A DNA stretch of 64,000 bases from an uncultured delta proteobacterium (GTDB taxonomy: Bacteria > Desulfobacterota > Syntrophobacteria > Syntrophobacterales > Syntrophobacteraceae). The position numbers and the translations under genes are program-made. The notes beneath the pieces were generated by a model. It made no database searches. It was not told the origin of the DNA and saw only the letters and a list, made by a program, of their open reading frames with translations. This document shows positions 44,245 through 55,036 of the stretch, in pieces. Where the stretch lies: positions 96,001 through 160,000 of the forward strand of contig CAWEHK010000018.1 of assembly GCA_963808625.1 (NCBI GenBank), written 5' to 3'. Position 1 is the stretch's first letter; the number at the start of each line of letters is the position of its first letter.

Positions 44245-45376
44245 TTGACTATTCCTAACCTTAAAATTAAAGATTTAGTTGCCAGGATCCCCATCATTCA
44301 GGGTGGCATGGGAGTGGGCATTTCCCTCTCCGGTCTCGCTTCAGCCGTCGCCAACGAGGGAGGAATCGGGGTGATTGCCGCCGCCATGATCGGTTTGCAT
44401 GAGACCGACATCTGCTCCAATTTCAGAGAGGCGAACATCAGGGCCTTGCGGAGGGAAATCAGAAAGGCCAGAGAAGCCACCAAAGGCATCCTCGGCGTGA
44501 ATATCATGGTTGCCCTGACCAATTTTGCCGACATGGTCAAAACCTCCATCGAAGAAGGAATCGACATCATATTCTCGGGCGCCGGCCTTCCTATGGATTT
44601 GCCAAAGTATTTAAAGGATGAATTCGAGACCAAGCTGGTGCCGATAATCTCTTCGGCGAGGGCGGCGAAGGCCATCTGCAAGCGGTGGCTGTCACGCTTC
44701 AACAGCCTCCCGGATGCCTTCGTGGTGGAGGGACCGATGGCCGGAGGACATCTTGGCTTCAATGCCGACCAGCTAAACAACCCCGACTTTAGCTCTGGAA
44801 AAGCTTGTCCCGGAAGTCGTGGCGGCGGTGATCCCGTTTTGCGAAGAACATAATGTCGAGATCCCGGTGATCGCTGCGGGGGGAATCTACAGTGGGGCCG
44901 ATATCCACCACTTTCTGCAGCTCGGAGCGGCGGGCGTCCAGATGGCCACCCGCTTTGTTGCCACCCACGAATGTGATGCCGACATCCGGTTCAAGCAATC
45001 TTTCGTGGATGCCCAAAAGCAAGATCTGGTGATCATTGAAAGCCCCGTGGGAATGCTGGGACGGGCAATTCGCAACCGGTTCATCGACGACGTGGAAGCG
45101 GGGCGAAACAAGCCCTTCAAGTGCCCCTATCACTGCATCACCTCCTGCAATTGCACGGACAGCCCTTACTGCATCGCTCTGGCCCTGGTCAATGCCAAAA
45201 GAGGGAACCTGAAACGCGGTTTCGCCTTCGCCGGCGAAAACGCTTACCGAGTCGATCGGATCATGTCCGTTAAGGAATTGATCTCGTCTCTGCTGGACGA
45301 GTACCGGAGGTTTTCCTACGGCCCTGCCGCAAGCCGGCAGCCCGAGCAACTGCTGAGCGCTTCAGGCACGGGTTGA
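44245..45376 (+). CDS. Nitronate monooxygenase/FabK-like flavoprotein (frameshift near 44790)
   Basis: 'PIIQGGMGVGIS', 'EGPMAGGHLG', 'IAAGGI', 'GVQMATRF', 'CPYHCITSC'. Confidence 0.85.
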
Positions 45377-45469
45377 AGGGCAGACAGGTGCGAAAGGCAG
45401 GGGACGGCACAATCAAGCCTTAAGGCAGATTAACCAGCCTTGATGACTGGTGGGTCACAAAAAAGCAGA

Positions 45470-45503
45470 AATCCCCCCTGCCCCCTTTAGAAAAGGGGGG
45501 ATT
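45470..45503. repeat. Palindromic intergenic element between convergent genes
   Basis: AATCCCCCC...CCCCCTTT-AG-AAAAGGGGGGATT. Confidence 0.55.
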
Positions 45504-45620
45504 ATCAATGATCCCCTCTACCAATAGGGTTGCGCGTTCATCACAGCCATTTTCATGGTTTAGGGTGTCCCGAAGGGACATGAACAAATGCTTTGCTTGA
45601 CACGTTAGCGCAAAAAACCG

Positions 45621-46229
45621 TCATTTCCCTTTCAGAAGCGTGACTCTGCCGTCTTCAAGGTCATATTTGGCGCCCACTATCTTCACCTTCCCCGCATCAG
45701 CCAGCTCTTTAATAACTTCCGATTGTGTGCTTAACGAGCGGCAGACCAACCTGATGTTGCCGTCGATGGCTGCCTCCACCAGTTCCGCCCCGTCCCTGCC
45801 GGCGCCTTCCTTTTCAGCCTGACTCACCGCCGGGGCGATAGCTTCGAGAATGGCACCGATATTGCCCTCGTGCGGCTTCCCGCGGGCGGCAACGGCTGCG
45901 GTCACGGCCCCGCAACGCCCGTGTCCGAGAACCATGATCAGAGGAGAACCCAGGTGCTCGGCCGCATATTCAATGCTTCCCAGAACGATGGGATCGGGAA
46001 CGTTGCCGGCGACCCTGACGACAAAGATCTCCCCCAGGCCCTGGTCGAAAATGATCTCGGGCGGGACGCGGGAGTCGGAACAACAAAGAATGATCGCATG
46101 GGGGCTCTGCCCCTTGGTTAGAGAATGACGGGTCGTCGCGTCACAAAGCTTCCGGCCGGTCATTTGATTGACAACATAGCGGTGATTTCCATCCAGCAGT
46201 TTCTGCAGTGATTCATCGGCGGTCATCAA
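45621..46229 (-). CDS. Beta-class carbonic anhydrase
   Basis: CSDSR, 'RVAGN', 'GSIEYA', GHGRCGAV zinc ligands. Confidence 0.93.
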   Translation of the reverse strand: MMTADESLQKLLDGNHRYVVNQMTGRKLCDATTRHSLTKGQSPHAIILCCSDSRVPPEIIFDQGLGEIFVVRVAGNVPDPIVLGSIEYAAEHLGSPLIMVLGHGRCGAVTAAVAARGKPHEGNIGAILEAIAPAVSQAEKEGAGRDGAELVEAAIDGNIRLVCRSLSTQSEVIKELADAGKVKIVGAKYDLEDGRVTLLKGK

Positions 46230-46345
46230 TTCGTCAACTCCTTCCTGATTCAGACAGATAATTGCTTTTCATCGTTCGAGAATGTCTTCCGCGGCATGAC
46301 AACATCCATCGCTTTCGCGACCATCGAGCTTGATGGCCGGCTCCC

Positions 46346-47771
46346 TTAATTTTTGAATTGCATTGACTTGATTTCGAGGAATTCCTCCAGGCCGAATTTA
46401 CCCAGTTCCCGCCCGTTGCCGGATTGCTTGTATCCGCCGAAGGGGGCGTATAGGTTGAACGGGCCGCCGTTGATGTCGACCTGACCGGTGCGCAGGCGGC
46501 GGGCCACCCGCTCGGCCCTTGCGGTATCGCCCGACCATACTCCTCCCGCCAAACCGTAAATGGTATCGTTGGCGATGCGCACGGCATCGTCTTCATCGCT
46601 GAAGGTGATTATGGCCAGCACCGGCCCGAAGATCTCTTCTCTCGCTATGGTCATCCCGGGGTCCACACGACCGAAAACGGTCGGCTTCACATAATACCCC
46701 TTGTGCAGCCCGTCCGGCGCTTCCGGGCCACCCAGTGAGCAGTTCCGCCCCTTCCTCGATTCCCTTGCGGATGTAGCTTCTTACGCGATCCCGCTGAGCC
46801 GCCGAAACGAGGGGGCCGATTCTCGTCTTGTCGTCAAGAGGATCGCCCGGGACGAAGGTCTTGCAGATTTCCAGCACCAGGCCTTTGATCTCTTCGTAGC
46901 GGTTCTCCGGCACCAGCATCCGGGTGTGGGCGGTGCAGGTCTGGCCCGAGTTAAGAAAACAGGCGGCCAGGGTGCTCCTGACGGCGGAGGGCAGATCCGC
47001 GTCATCCAGAATGATCGAGGCCGATTTGCCCCCCAGTTCCAAAGCGACGCGCTTGACGGTCTCCGCAGCCAGCACCGACAGGCGTCTTCCCGTAGCCGTG
47101 GAGCCGGTGAAGGAGATCATGTCCACCTCCGGGTGGAGGGCGAGGGCTTCTCCCACAACCCCGCCGGGACCGCTGACGAGGTTGAAGACACCGTGCGGAA
47201 GGCCGGCTTCATCCGCTATTTCAGCCAGGATGAAGGCCGTAAGCGGCGCTTCCGAACTGGGCTTCAGGACCACGGTGCAGCCGGCGGCAAGGGCGGGCGC
47301 AACTTTCGCCACGGTCTGGTGAAGGGGGTAGTTCCAGGGAGTGATGCAGGCCGCCACGCCGATCGGTTCCCGAACGATCAGCGAGTTCCCGATCCGTTCC
47401 TCGAATTGGTAAGCGGCGACCAGCTTCGCGTAGCTCTCCATCACCGCCGCCGGAAGACCGGCCTGGATACGCTGCGAAAGCTTAAAAGGCATGCCGACTT
47501 CTCCGGCCACGGTGCGTGCGATCTCGTCAGTCCGCGCGGCAAGTCCCTGGTGAAGCTTGCGTAGATATTCCGAACGCGTTTCCACGGGTGTCGAACCCCA
47601 TTCGGTAAAGGCAGCGCGAGCGGCGGCAACGGCCCTGTCAACGTCTTCCCGGGTTCCGGCGGGAACCCGCCCCATGATCCCTTCGGTTGAGGCGTTGATG
47701 ACCTCGATAAAAGACGAACTGCCGGCCGGCGTCCATTGGCCCCCGATGTAAAGCTTGTCGTAGATTACCAT
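46346..47771 (-). CDS. Aldehyde dehydrogenase (frameshift near 46735)
   Basis: 'ITPWNYP', 'FTGS', 'LELGGKS', 'NSGQTC', 'EEIFGPV', 'PFGGYKQSG'. Confidence 0.9.
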
Positions 47772-48035
47772 GCCAACCTCCAGCTGATAGGAAATTACTT
47801 TTCCGAGACTTGTCGATATCAGCCTCTGCGAAACCGGTCAAGGACATTTTCGGTGGAGTTTCCGTTGAATTGCGCGCAAATCACCATGGTACCGGGCTCC
47901 TGCTTGACGAATCAGCGGTCGGATTACACGTTCATTGGTGAGCCCCGTTTTTCTCGAGGGTCATAAAGGATTGGTCGCCAAAGGCAATCTGTATCAAAAC
48001 ATCAAACGCCCCTGCACCATCAGCCGGATGCTGAA

Positions 48036-48970
48036 TCAATCCTCATCTTCTTCGTCCGGGTCATAGCGCTTTTTCCTGATCATGAGGCGAACGAAGGCCA
48101 CTATCGTCAGGATCGCAGCCAGCAGGAACAGGAGTTCATAAAGGTTCTGGCTGGCCCAAAGCAGCCACATGTTCTTGCTGCGCAACTCTTCCAGCCATTC
48201 ATCCTCAAGGTTTTGGAGAGACTTTGAGGTCGCTCCGGAGATGGCTTGATCAATCGACAATCCTTCACGCAAATGCTGCAAGACCCTGAGAAGGCTCTCT
48301 TTGCCGTAACGGGCCACCAGATATTCAACAAACAGACGACTTTCCACATACGCCTGGATGAGTGAATCCTTGTCTTTCGGGAAACTCACCGCCAGCTGCC
48401 GCAAGGGGATGGGATGACGCGCCGGATTGATCGCGCCGGCGGCAACTCCCTTGCCAACCAGGATTTCCCCCAGACTTCCGCTTACCCACTGGCAAATTCC
48501 CTCATCCAGCCATCGGGGAAGGAACATCCTCCTTGATGTGGTCATGAAGGAGAAGATGGCAGAGCTCATGTTCGAAGGTCTCGCGCAAAAGGTAGGGTTC
48601 GGAGACGGCGGGAGACAGATGAATGACAATGGAATGTTGCGAAGGGACCGCGAAAGCTGAGATCAGAGGATTCCCGCTCATTTTCTCGAAAGTCTCTCGA
48701 TCTGCGACCAACAGCACCCGTGGGTGGCGAGCGGAACTTCCAGCCCAGAGTGTCCTCAACATGAGCCCTGATTTCGGGGTAGATCTGCTGGAGGTGCCTG
48801 GCCTGAACCCCTAGCGGCTCATCACCGGCAATGACGAGTTCTTCACTTCTCTCCTCTGCTCCCGGCAAGTCAATAGAAGTGAGAGCGCAGGCGATACAGG
48901 CAAGCAAAAAGAGCACCATTTTAGGTGCCTGTTTATTTGCCTCGGGGTGCTTTCCGCGGATCGTCCCCAT
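48036..48970 (-). CDS. Peptidase MA-like (gluzincin) membrane-anchored protein (frameshifts near 48720 and 48530)
   Basis: HELCH followed by 'PRWLDEG'; N-terminal hydrophobic segment and C-terminal TM; three ORF pieces. Confidence 0.65.
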
Positions 48971-49004
48971 CAAAATCCTGCGAATACGGCTTATGAAAGG
49001 CTTC

Positions 49005-49448
49005 TCATGGGCTGGAAGTAGACCACTCCCGGGGCATTTTGAGGATTTGTTCGTAATGGCCGGTTTCAATTCCCGACATATAATGGACAATATCAAAGCT
49101 GCACAGGATGCCGATGGGGCGCCTCGGTCCTGCGTGCGGGTCGACGATAATCAGGTGCTCATACTTGGTCCGCTTCATGAGCTCGATCGCCTTTTCAATC
49201 GGCCATTGGGGATCCACCTCAATCCGGTAGGGCCGCATGACATCCTCGGCGCGTGTTTGCTCCAGATCCTCTCCGTAAAACCGAATGACCGCCAGCCTCG
49301 TAACAATGCCCCAAACCTCACCGCTTTCATGCACCACTACCACCGGGCGGAATTGATTGGCTTTCATCATCCGCACCACATCCTTCACGCTGTCGTCCGG
49401 ATAGCAGAAGATAACATCACGATCCATAAGGTCACAAACGCGCATCAT
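49005..49448 (-). CDS. CBS-domain protein
   Basis: Two CBS repeats ('RVCDLM', 'GIVT', 'RAEDVM', 'IGIL'). Confidence 0.85.
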   Translation of the reverse strand: MMRVCDLMDRDVIFCYPDDSVKDVVRMMKANQFRPVVVVHESGEVWGIVTRLAVIRFYGEDLEQTRAEDVMRPYRIEVDPQWPIEKAIELMKRTKYEHLIIVDPHAGPRRPIGILCSFDIVHYMSGIETGHYEQILKMPREWSTSSP

Positions 49449-49849
49449 GACGGTTGCCTTTCTTCATCCCGCGCCATTCTGTCGACGATGTCTTCCACAT
49501 GAAGCAACCCAAGGATGGCTTTGCTTCCGGGGCGGTCCGAAACCACAATCAGATGTTCGATCTTCCGTTTATCCATTAACTGAATGGCCTCCTTGAGCGG
49601 AGTGCTGGGGGTAATCGTGAAGGTATAGGGCACAAGAATATCCTTTGCTTTGGTTTGATCAAGGTCCCTGCCAAAGGCCTTCAGAATACTCCGGGCGGAA
49701 ATGATCCCCATGACTTCGTGGTTTTGGTTCATCACCGTACAATAGTGCGTTGAGTTCACCACCATGATTTGAGCCACATCCCTGATGCTGGTGTCTTCGC
49801 TGCAAGCCAAAGACCCTTTCTGCATCAGGCGCATCACCCTCTCTTCCAT
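49445..49849 (-). CDS. CBS-domain protein
   Basis: Two CBS repeats; overlaps the next gene (ATGA-type coupling). Confidence 0.82.
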   Translation of the reverse strand: MEERVMRLMQKGSLACSEDTSIRDVAQIMVVNSTHYCTVMNQNHEVMGIISARSILKAFGRDLDQTKAKDILVPYTFTITPSTPLKEAIQLMDKRKIEHLIVVSDRPGSKAILGLLHVEDIVDRMARDEERQPS

Positions 49850-50341
49850 TGCTTGCCTTTCCTATAATATTCTAGAAGTTCGCCCTAATTAAAAACACTC
49901 CGAGGTCAAAAGCAATGCCCTCGAAGCAAAAAAAGCCAAACGCCCCGGTTCAGGCATTAAAGCGCTGCAGCTTTTCTCTGTGCAGTTGCAACAATTCCTC
50001 CCGCCCGATCTCATAACATTCTTTGCAAACATGAGCTACCAGGAAGTCAACAATATCATGAATAATTGCACAAAAGCTTCGCTGCCAAGACTTTGATGCC
50101 TCCGGAATTGCAGACTTAGTGATGAAGAGCCTTGATCACGCGCCACCAGCAAACCACTCTTTTACGAATCCATCAACGTTAACTTCAAGACACGTCCGAA
50201 AGAAACACAAGACCCTTTCGGTTTTTGACCTGACAGCGCCACAACAGGGTTTGGGGACCGGAAAAAAGTCTTGACACAATCCGCTCTCCTCCGACCGTAT
50301 CATCTATACCTACATGGGGGTGCTGCAACCGAAGATGCGGA

Positions 50342-50458
50342 ATGCGAATTACTGTGGCGAGGCCGGAAATGCGGGTTTCCTTTGACCAGGACAAGTGCAT
50401 TGCCTGTGAGCTCTGTGTCCCCGCATGTCCTTACAGGGCGGTAGAGATCATTTCTTGA
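50342..50458 (+). CDS. 38-aa [4Fe-4S]-motif peptide (ferredoxin half or remnant), absent from the ORF track
   Basis: Hand translation: MRITVARPEMRVSFDQDKCIACELCVPACPYRAVEIIS*, with CxxCxxCxxxCP. Confidence 0.55.
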   Translation: MRITVARPEMRVSFDQDKCIACELCVPACPYRAVEIIS

Positions 50459-50542
50459 GACCCTCAGGATTTCGGAACGGAGATCGAAGGTATCGAAATC
50501 CGCTTTCCGAAATCCGTGAGTCATGCGCTGCATGGGACTCCA

Positions 50543-50836
50543 TCAGGCACTGAAATAATAGGGTGCTCCCATTTCTTCGAACGCAAAGTTAAGAAAAACG
50601 TGATGTCCGTCGATGTCCAGTATGCGCAGGTCGTCGGTTTGAGAGAGGTCGCCGGTGATCACCGAAAAATGGGTGCCGTACCGCTGTTTGACTTTCTCCA
50701 AAGGAACTTCATAAGCAATAAACTTTTTCATTCCTCTGGCCTTGAGCTTCTCTGCCAGCCGGGGTTCGCTCAGTGAATCGTAGGTCGTTAAGATGAGAAT
50801 CGGCCCTGTTCCCGTGAAAATAATCCCTGCTTTCAT
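50543..50836 (-). CDS. Conserved hypothetical cytosolic protein
   Basis: 97 aa, RBS AAGGAG, normal composition. Confidence 0.7.
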   Translation of the reverse strand: MKAGIIFTGTGPILILTTYDSLSEPRLAEKLKARGMKKFIAYEVPLEKVKQRYGTHFSVITGDLSQTDDLRILDIDGHHVFLNFAFEEMGAPYYFSA

Positions 50837-51147
50837 CTCATTGCTCCTTTCTCTGTTAGTTGATCACATGACTGACCCACCAACCATGCCGCCCTTTCCT
50901 GTATCGACTGCCACGTTCAGGAGCAAAACAAGAATCAATTTGAAGACCTATCAGCTCACCGGATGAACTTTCGAGCTCGACAATGAAAATGATAAGCTTT
51001 TAGATTAACTCTATGACAGGATCGCCTTTTGTCAAGAAGCTTTGATACTATGACCAGGGCATCCGGATGCCCCGCTGCTCTTTGCGGCAAGGTTCCACAT
51101 AACGGGCGTTTTGGAATCAGATTACTTGCGGAAAGGAGGATAACACA

Positions 51148-52074
51148 ATGACCGACATCTTCTCCGACATCACCCTGACTGTAGGCAGGACTCCCCTGGT
51201 GAGGTTGAACGCGATTGCCGGCGGCCTGCAGGCGGAAATTCTGGCTAAGCTCGAATTCCAGAACCCGCTCGGAAGCATCAAAGACCGCATCGGGGTAGCC
51301 ATGATCCAGGCTGCCGAGGCACAGGGGCTCATTCAGCGCGACACCCTGATTGTTGAACCGACCAGCGGCAACACCGGTATTGCCCTGGCTTTTGTGTGCA
51401 CGGTCAGAAAATACCGCCTTTTGTTAACCATGCCGGAAACCATGAGCATGGAACGGAGGAAATTGCTCAAGCACCTCGGGGCCGAGGTCTTCCTCACGCC
51501 GGGAAGCGAGGGCATGAAAGGGGCTATCGGCAAGGCCCGGGAGATCGTCGCGCAGGACCCTCGTTCGTTCATGCCCGACCAGTTCGCCAATCCGGCAAAT
51601 CCCGAAATCCATCGCCGCACCACTGCCGAGGAGATCTGGCAGGACACGCGCGGGGCCGTCGACATCCTGGTTGCCGGTGTGGGAACGGGGGGAACGATCA
51701 CGGGTATCAGCGAAGTCATTAAACAGCGCAAGCCCTCTTTCCGGGCTGTTGCCGTGGAACCGGCCTCCTCCCCCGTGCTGTCCGGAGGCAAGGCCGGACC
51801 TCACAAGATCCAGGGAATCGGGGCAGGCTTCGTTCCCGCCGTCTTAAATACCCGCATCATCGATGAGATCATTGCCATCACCAACGATGAGGCTTTCGAG
51901 ACCGCAAGGGCAGTAGCGAAAGCCGAAGGGATCCTCTGCGGGATTTCTTCAGGCGCCTCTGTCGCTGCGGCCCTTCAGCTGGCCGCGCGAACGGAAAACA
52001 AGGGCAAACTGATTGTAGTCATCCTGCCGAGCACCGGTGAGCGGTATTTGAGCACGGACCTTTTTCAGGAATAG
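51148..52074 (+). CDS. cysK: Cysteine synthase A
   Basis: 'NPLGSIKDR', 'EPTSGNTG', 'GVGTGGT', 'HKIQGIG', 'GERYLST'; RBS AAGGAGG. Confidence 0.95.
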   Translation: MTDIFSDITLTVGRTPLVRLNAIAGGLQAEILAKLEFQNPLGSIKDRIGVAMIQAAEAQGLIQRDTLIVEPTSGNTGIALAFVCTVRKYRLLLTMPETMSMERRKLLKHLGAEVFLTPGSEGMKGAIGKAREIVAQDPRSFMPDQFANPANPEIHRRTTAEEIWQDTRGAVDILVAGVGTGGTITGISEVIKQRKPSFRAVAVEPASSPVLSGGKAGPHKIQGIGAGFVPAVLNTRIIDEIIAITNDEAFETARAVAKAEGILCGISSGASVAAALQLAARTENKGKLIVVILPSTGERYLSTDLFQE

Positions 52075-52080
52075 CGTCTT

Positions 52081-53037
52081 TTAAGAATCCACCAGACAGA
52101 GCATCGCGCCCGTGAGGTTCTGTAGGATCTTGTTGGCATGACTGCCCAGCAGAAAAGGCTTTCTTTCCTGAAAACTGCGCTTGCCGATGACGACCAACTG
52201 GTATTTGTTCGACTCAATCTCATTGAGCAGGTCGCGGGCAATGCCCTCTTTGGTGGTTTGAACAATCACGGTCACATTCTGCTCCGGCACACCCTTTTCA
52301 AGAAGCGATATACAGCCTTCGGCCATAAATTGTTCGGCTTTTTGGCGGTACTCGGAACGCCACTTTTCGACCCTGCCCTGGCGGTCTCTCTGCTCCGGTG
52401 GACTCAGGACGTGCCCGTCATCCCAGAACGCAGGGGGTATCGGGGGCATCAGGTGGAAGAGGGTGTATTTCAATCCGGGAATGAGAGCAACGGACTCCGC
52501 CAGGTAAGTCGTTAAGGCACGCACATCGGCAGTGCCTTCCACGGGCACCAGCACTTTTCGCGATTCCCGAACCGGGGTGTCAACGATCCAAACCGAGTGG
52601 TGCTGCGCGTAATGCGCCACCTTGCTGGAAACACTCCCCAGGAGCAGGGTCTTTACCGGGCTCAGGCCGCGACGCCCCAGGGCAATAGTTCGCATCTTTC
52701 CGCTCTCGGCCTCAGTTTGAATATCGATCGCCGGATCAACGCCGACCGCCTTCAGCTTAAATTCCATTCTGTTTTCAGGAAATCCGACTGCCAGGAGACG
52801 GCGGCGGCCTTCCTCGAAAATCATGCTTCCCAACCGTTCCTGATCAGCCGGCTTGAGCAGGCATTTTGCCTCCAGGCCGACACACAGTTCACCGGGTAAC
52901 AGTCCCGACAGCTCCTGTACGCAATGGAAGAGGTACAGGTGCAAATCAGGATGGTCTTTGACAAGGTTTCCCACAATCGAGACCGCATCAAACCCTCTCT
53001 TCGACCCGTCAACTGCCACCAAAATCTTCTCTGCCAT
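52081..53037 (-). CDS. Tandem universal stress protein
   Basis: 'KILVAVDGS', 'LGRRG..LLGSVS', second 'GKRS..LLGS'. Confidence 0.88.
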   Translation of the reverse strand: MAEKILVAVDGSKRGFDAVSIVGNLVKDHPDLHLYLFHCVQELSGLLPGELCVGLEAKCLLKPADQERLGSMIFEEGRRRLLAVGFPENRMEFKLKAVGVDPAIDIQTEAESGKMRTIALGRRGLSPVKTLLLGSVSSKVAHYAQHHSVWIVDTPVRESRKVLVPVEGTADVRALTTYLAESVALIPGLKYTLFHLMPPIPPAFWDDGHVLSPPEQRDRQGRVEKWRSEYRQKAEQFMAEGCISLLEKGVPEQNVTVIVQTTKEGIARDLLNEIESNKYQLVVIGKRSFQERKPFLLGSHANKILQNLTGAMLCLVDS

Positions 53038-53049
53038 GGCTGGCCTCCA

Positions 53050-55008
53050 TTACGGCGATGCACCCCGACCGCCGGGGCAGTCGGGCAAAAGTCCCCGGGA
53101 GAAGAAAGTGCCGATCTCATCTCTCTCGTGAACAACGCGACAGGGGGGCAGGCTCTTGAGGAACATCTGACCATAGCTTTTGGTAAGCAGACGGACGTCG
53201 AATATGGCAATAACACCTCGATCTTGAGTAGAGCGAATGAGACGTCCCACTCCCTGTTTCAGCTGAATAATAGCCCTTGGAACCTGATAATGGAAGAAGG
53301 CATTCTTGCCTTGCTTGGCTAGATGGTCCATCCGGGCGGCAATCAGCGGGTCGTCCGGCACTTCGAAGGGGAGCTTGTCAATCAGCAGGCAACTCAAGGC
53401 CTCACCGGGAACGTCAACACCCTGCCAGAACGAACTGGTAGCGAGCAGGACCGAATCCACCTTCTCCTTGAATTCGGCCAGGAGAATGCGCTTTGGCTTC
53501 TGCCCTTGCATGAGCACGGTGAAGGGAAGATGATCCCGGAGCTCTTGATGGACTTCGTTCATGTTTCGATAACTGGTAAACAAAAGCAGGGCACGCCCTT
53601 GGCTTTTCATGAGAATTTGCAGGGCCTCGCGGGACAACTGCGAGCAAAAGCGAGGGTCCTGCGGCTCAGGGAACTGCGAAGGAATATATAAGAGCGACTG
53701 TCTTTCAAAGGAGAACGGTGACGAGAGCACTTTTTCTTTACTCTCCGGCGGAACACCGAGGGCATCCCGGAAGAAGCTAAAAGCTCCACCGACCGACAGC
53801 GTGGCTGATGTGAAGACCGAAGAGGGTGTTTTGGCGAATATTTCCTCTTGCAGGATGGAGTCTATCCGAACCGGAGTACCATGAAGGAAAACGGCATGTT
53901 GATTCACTTCATACCAGTATACAAGGGATGGGTTGCGTTGTTCGAGGATGTCCCGAATCGCCGAGGCCGCTTCGAGACCGCGGTTTATCAACGATTCACA
54001 GAGCGGGTGCTGATCGACCGAGGGAGACAGGAGAGCACTCAGTTGTTCGAGAGCACCCACCGTCTGCTGTGGAATCACAGGAAACTCCTGCCCGACCCGG
54101 TCGAGAGCCAAAGGGTAGCGCCCGGGAGACTTGTGCAGGCGCTGAAACTGATGATGCAGTTGACGGCCCAACACCTCCAATTGCCTGGCGATGTTTCGAA
54201 TCCCCTGGAGGTTGGCGGCATTTTTGAGTTCCTTTTGGCAACACCGGTCAAGATCGTGCACCAGTTCGGAAAGCCTGAGGTTGCTGAACTGCAGGCCGAA
54301 GTAGACCCCGACGATGTCTTCCAGTTGGTGGGCTTCGTCAAAAATAACGGCATCGTAGTGAGGGAGCACCCCTGCTCCTCTTTTTCGCAAGGCCAGATCG
54401 GCAAAAAAGAGATGGTGGTTGACCACCACCAGATCAGCCCGGGAGGCTTGGCCGCGAATCAGGCTGAGGAAACAGTGGGGTTGATCTTCGCATTTCTGTC
54501 CGAGACACTGATCACTGCTGGAACTCACTTCATTCCAAAATTGATAGTGGTCGGGGAGCCATGGAATCTCCGAGCGGTCTCCGGTTTTCGTGCGGGTGGC
54601 CCAACTCTGGAAACGATGGAAAGATTTGGCTTCCTCCCGGTTCCAGAAGGTCGGCTGATAGGTGAAATCCTTGAACCGGCGCAAGCAGAGGTAATTTTTG
54701 CGCCCTTTCAGGCAGACCGCCTGCAATCGAGGAGAAATGACTCTCTTGAGGACGGGAATGTCATGGTCCAGAATCTGGTCTTGCAGGGTTTTGGTGCCGG
54801 TGGAGACAATGGTCTTTTTCCCGCTCAGAATTGCCGGGATAAGATAGGCCCAAGTCTTGCCGGTCCCGGTGCCTGCTTCGACCAGCAGGGGTGTGCCCCC
54901 GGTCAGGCAGTCGAACACCTCGCTGGCCATTTCCTGCTGTGAGGCCCGGAATTCGAAAGTAGGGATCTTGGTGGAGAGCAGTCCTTCAGGACCAAAATAC
55001 CGCTGCAT
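53050..55008 (-). CDS. DinG/YoaA-family ATP-dependent DNA helicase
   Basis: 'EAGTGTGKT', 'KGRKNYLC', Fe-S cysteines, DEAH, 'TSATL', 'QGVGRLIR'. Confidence 0.92.
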   Translation of the reverse strand: MQRYFGPEGLLSTKIPTFEFRASQQEMASEVFDCLTGGTPLLVEAGTGTGKTWAYLIPAILSGKKTIVSTGTKTLQDQILDHDIPVLKRVISPRLQAVCLKGRKNYLCLRRFKDFTYQPTFWNREEAKSFHRFQSWATRTKTGDRSEIPWLPDHYQFWNEVSSSSDQCLGQKCEDQPHCFLSLIRGQASRADLVVVNHHLFFADLALRKRGAGVLPHYDAVIFDEAHQLEDIVGVYFGLQFSNLRLSELVHDLDRCCQKELKNAANLQGIRNIARQLEVLGRQLHHQFQRLHKSPGRYPLALDRVGQEFPVIPQQTVGALEQLSALLSPSVDQHPLCESLINRGLEAASAIRDILEQRNPSLVYWYEVNQHAVFLHGTPVRIDSILQEEIFAKTPSSVFTSATLSVGGAFSFFRDALGVPPESKEKVLSSPFSFERQSLLYIPSQFPEPQDPRFCSQLSREALQILMKSQGRALLLFTSYRNMNEVHQELRDHLPFTVLMQGQKPKRILLAEFKEKVDSVLLATSSFWQGVDVPGEALSCLLIDKLPFEVPDDPLIAARMDHLAKQGKNAFFHYQVPRAIIQLKQGVGRLIRSTQDRGVIAIFDVRLLTKSYGQMFLKSLPPCRVVHERDEIGTFFSRGLLPDCPGGRGASP

Positions 55009-55036
55009 GGTTCAGCTTTCGGGGAAGCGCCCGTGG

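Noticed and set aside
50271..50303. TTGACA...TATCAT as promoter for the small ferredoxin ORF
   Set aside because: The spacer is 21 nt, too long for a standard sigma70 promoter.
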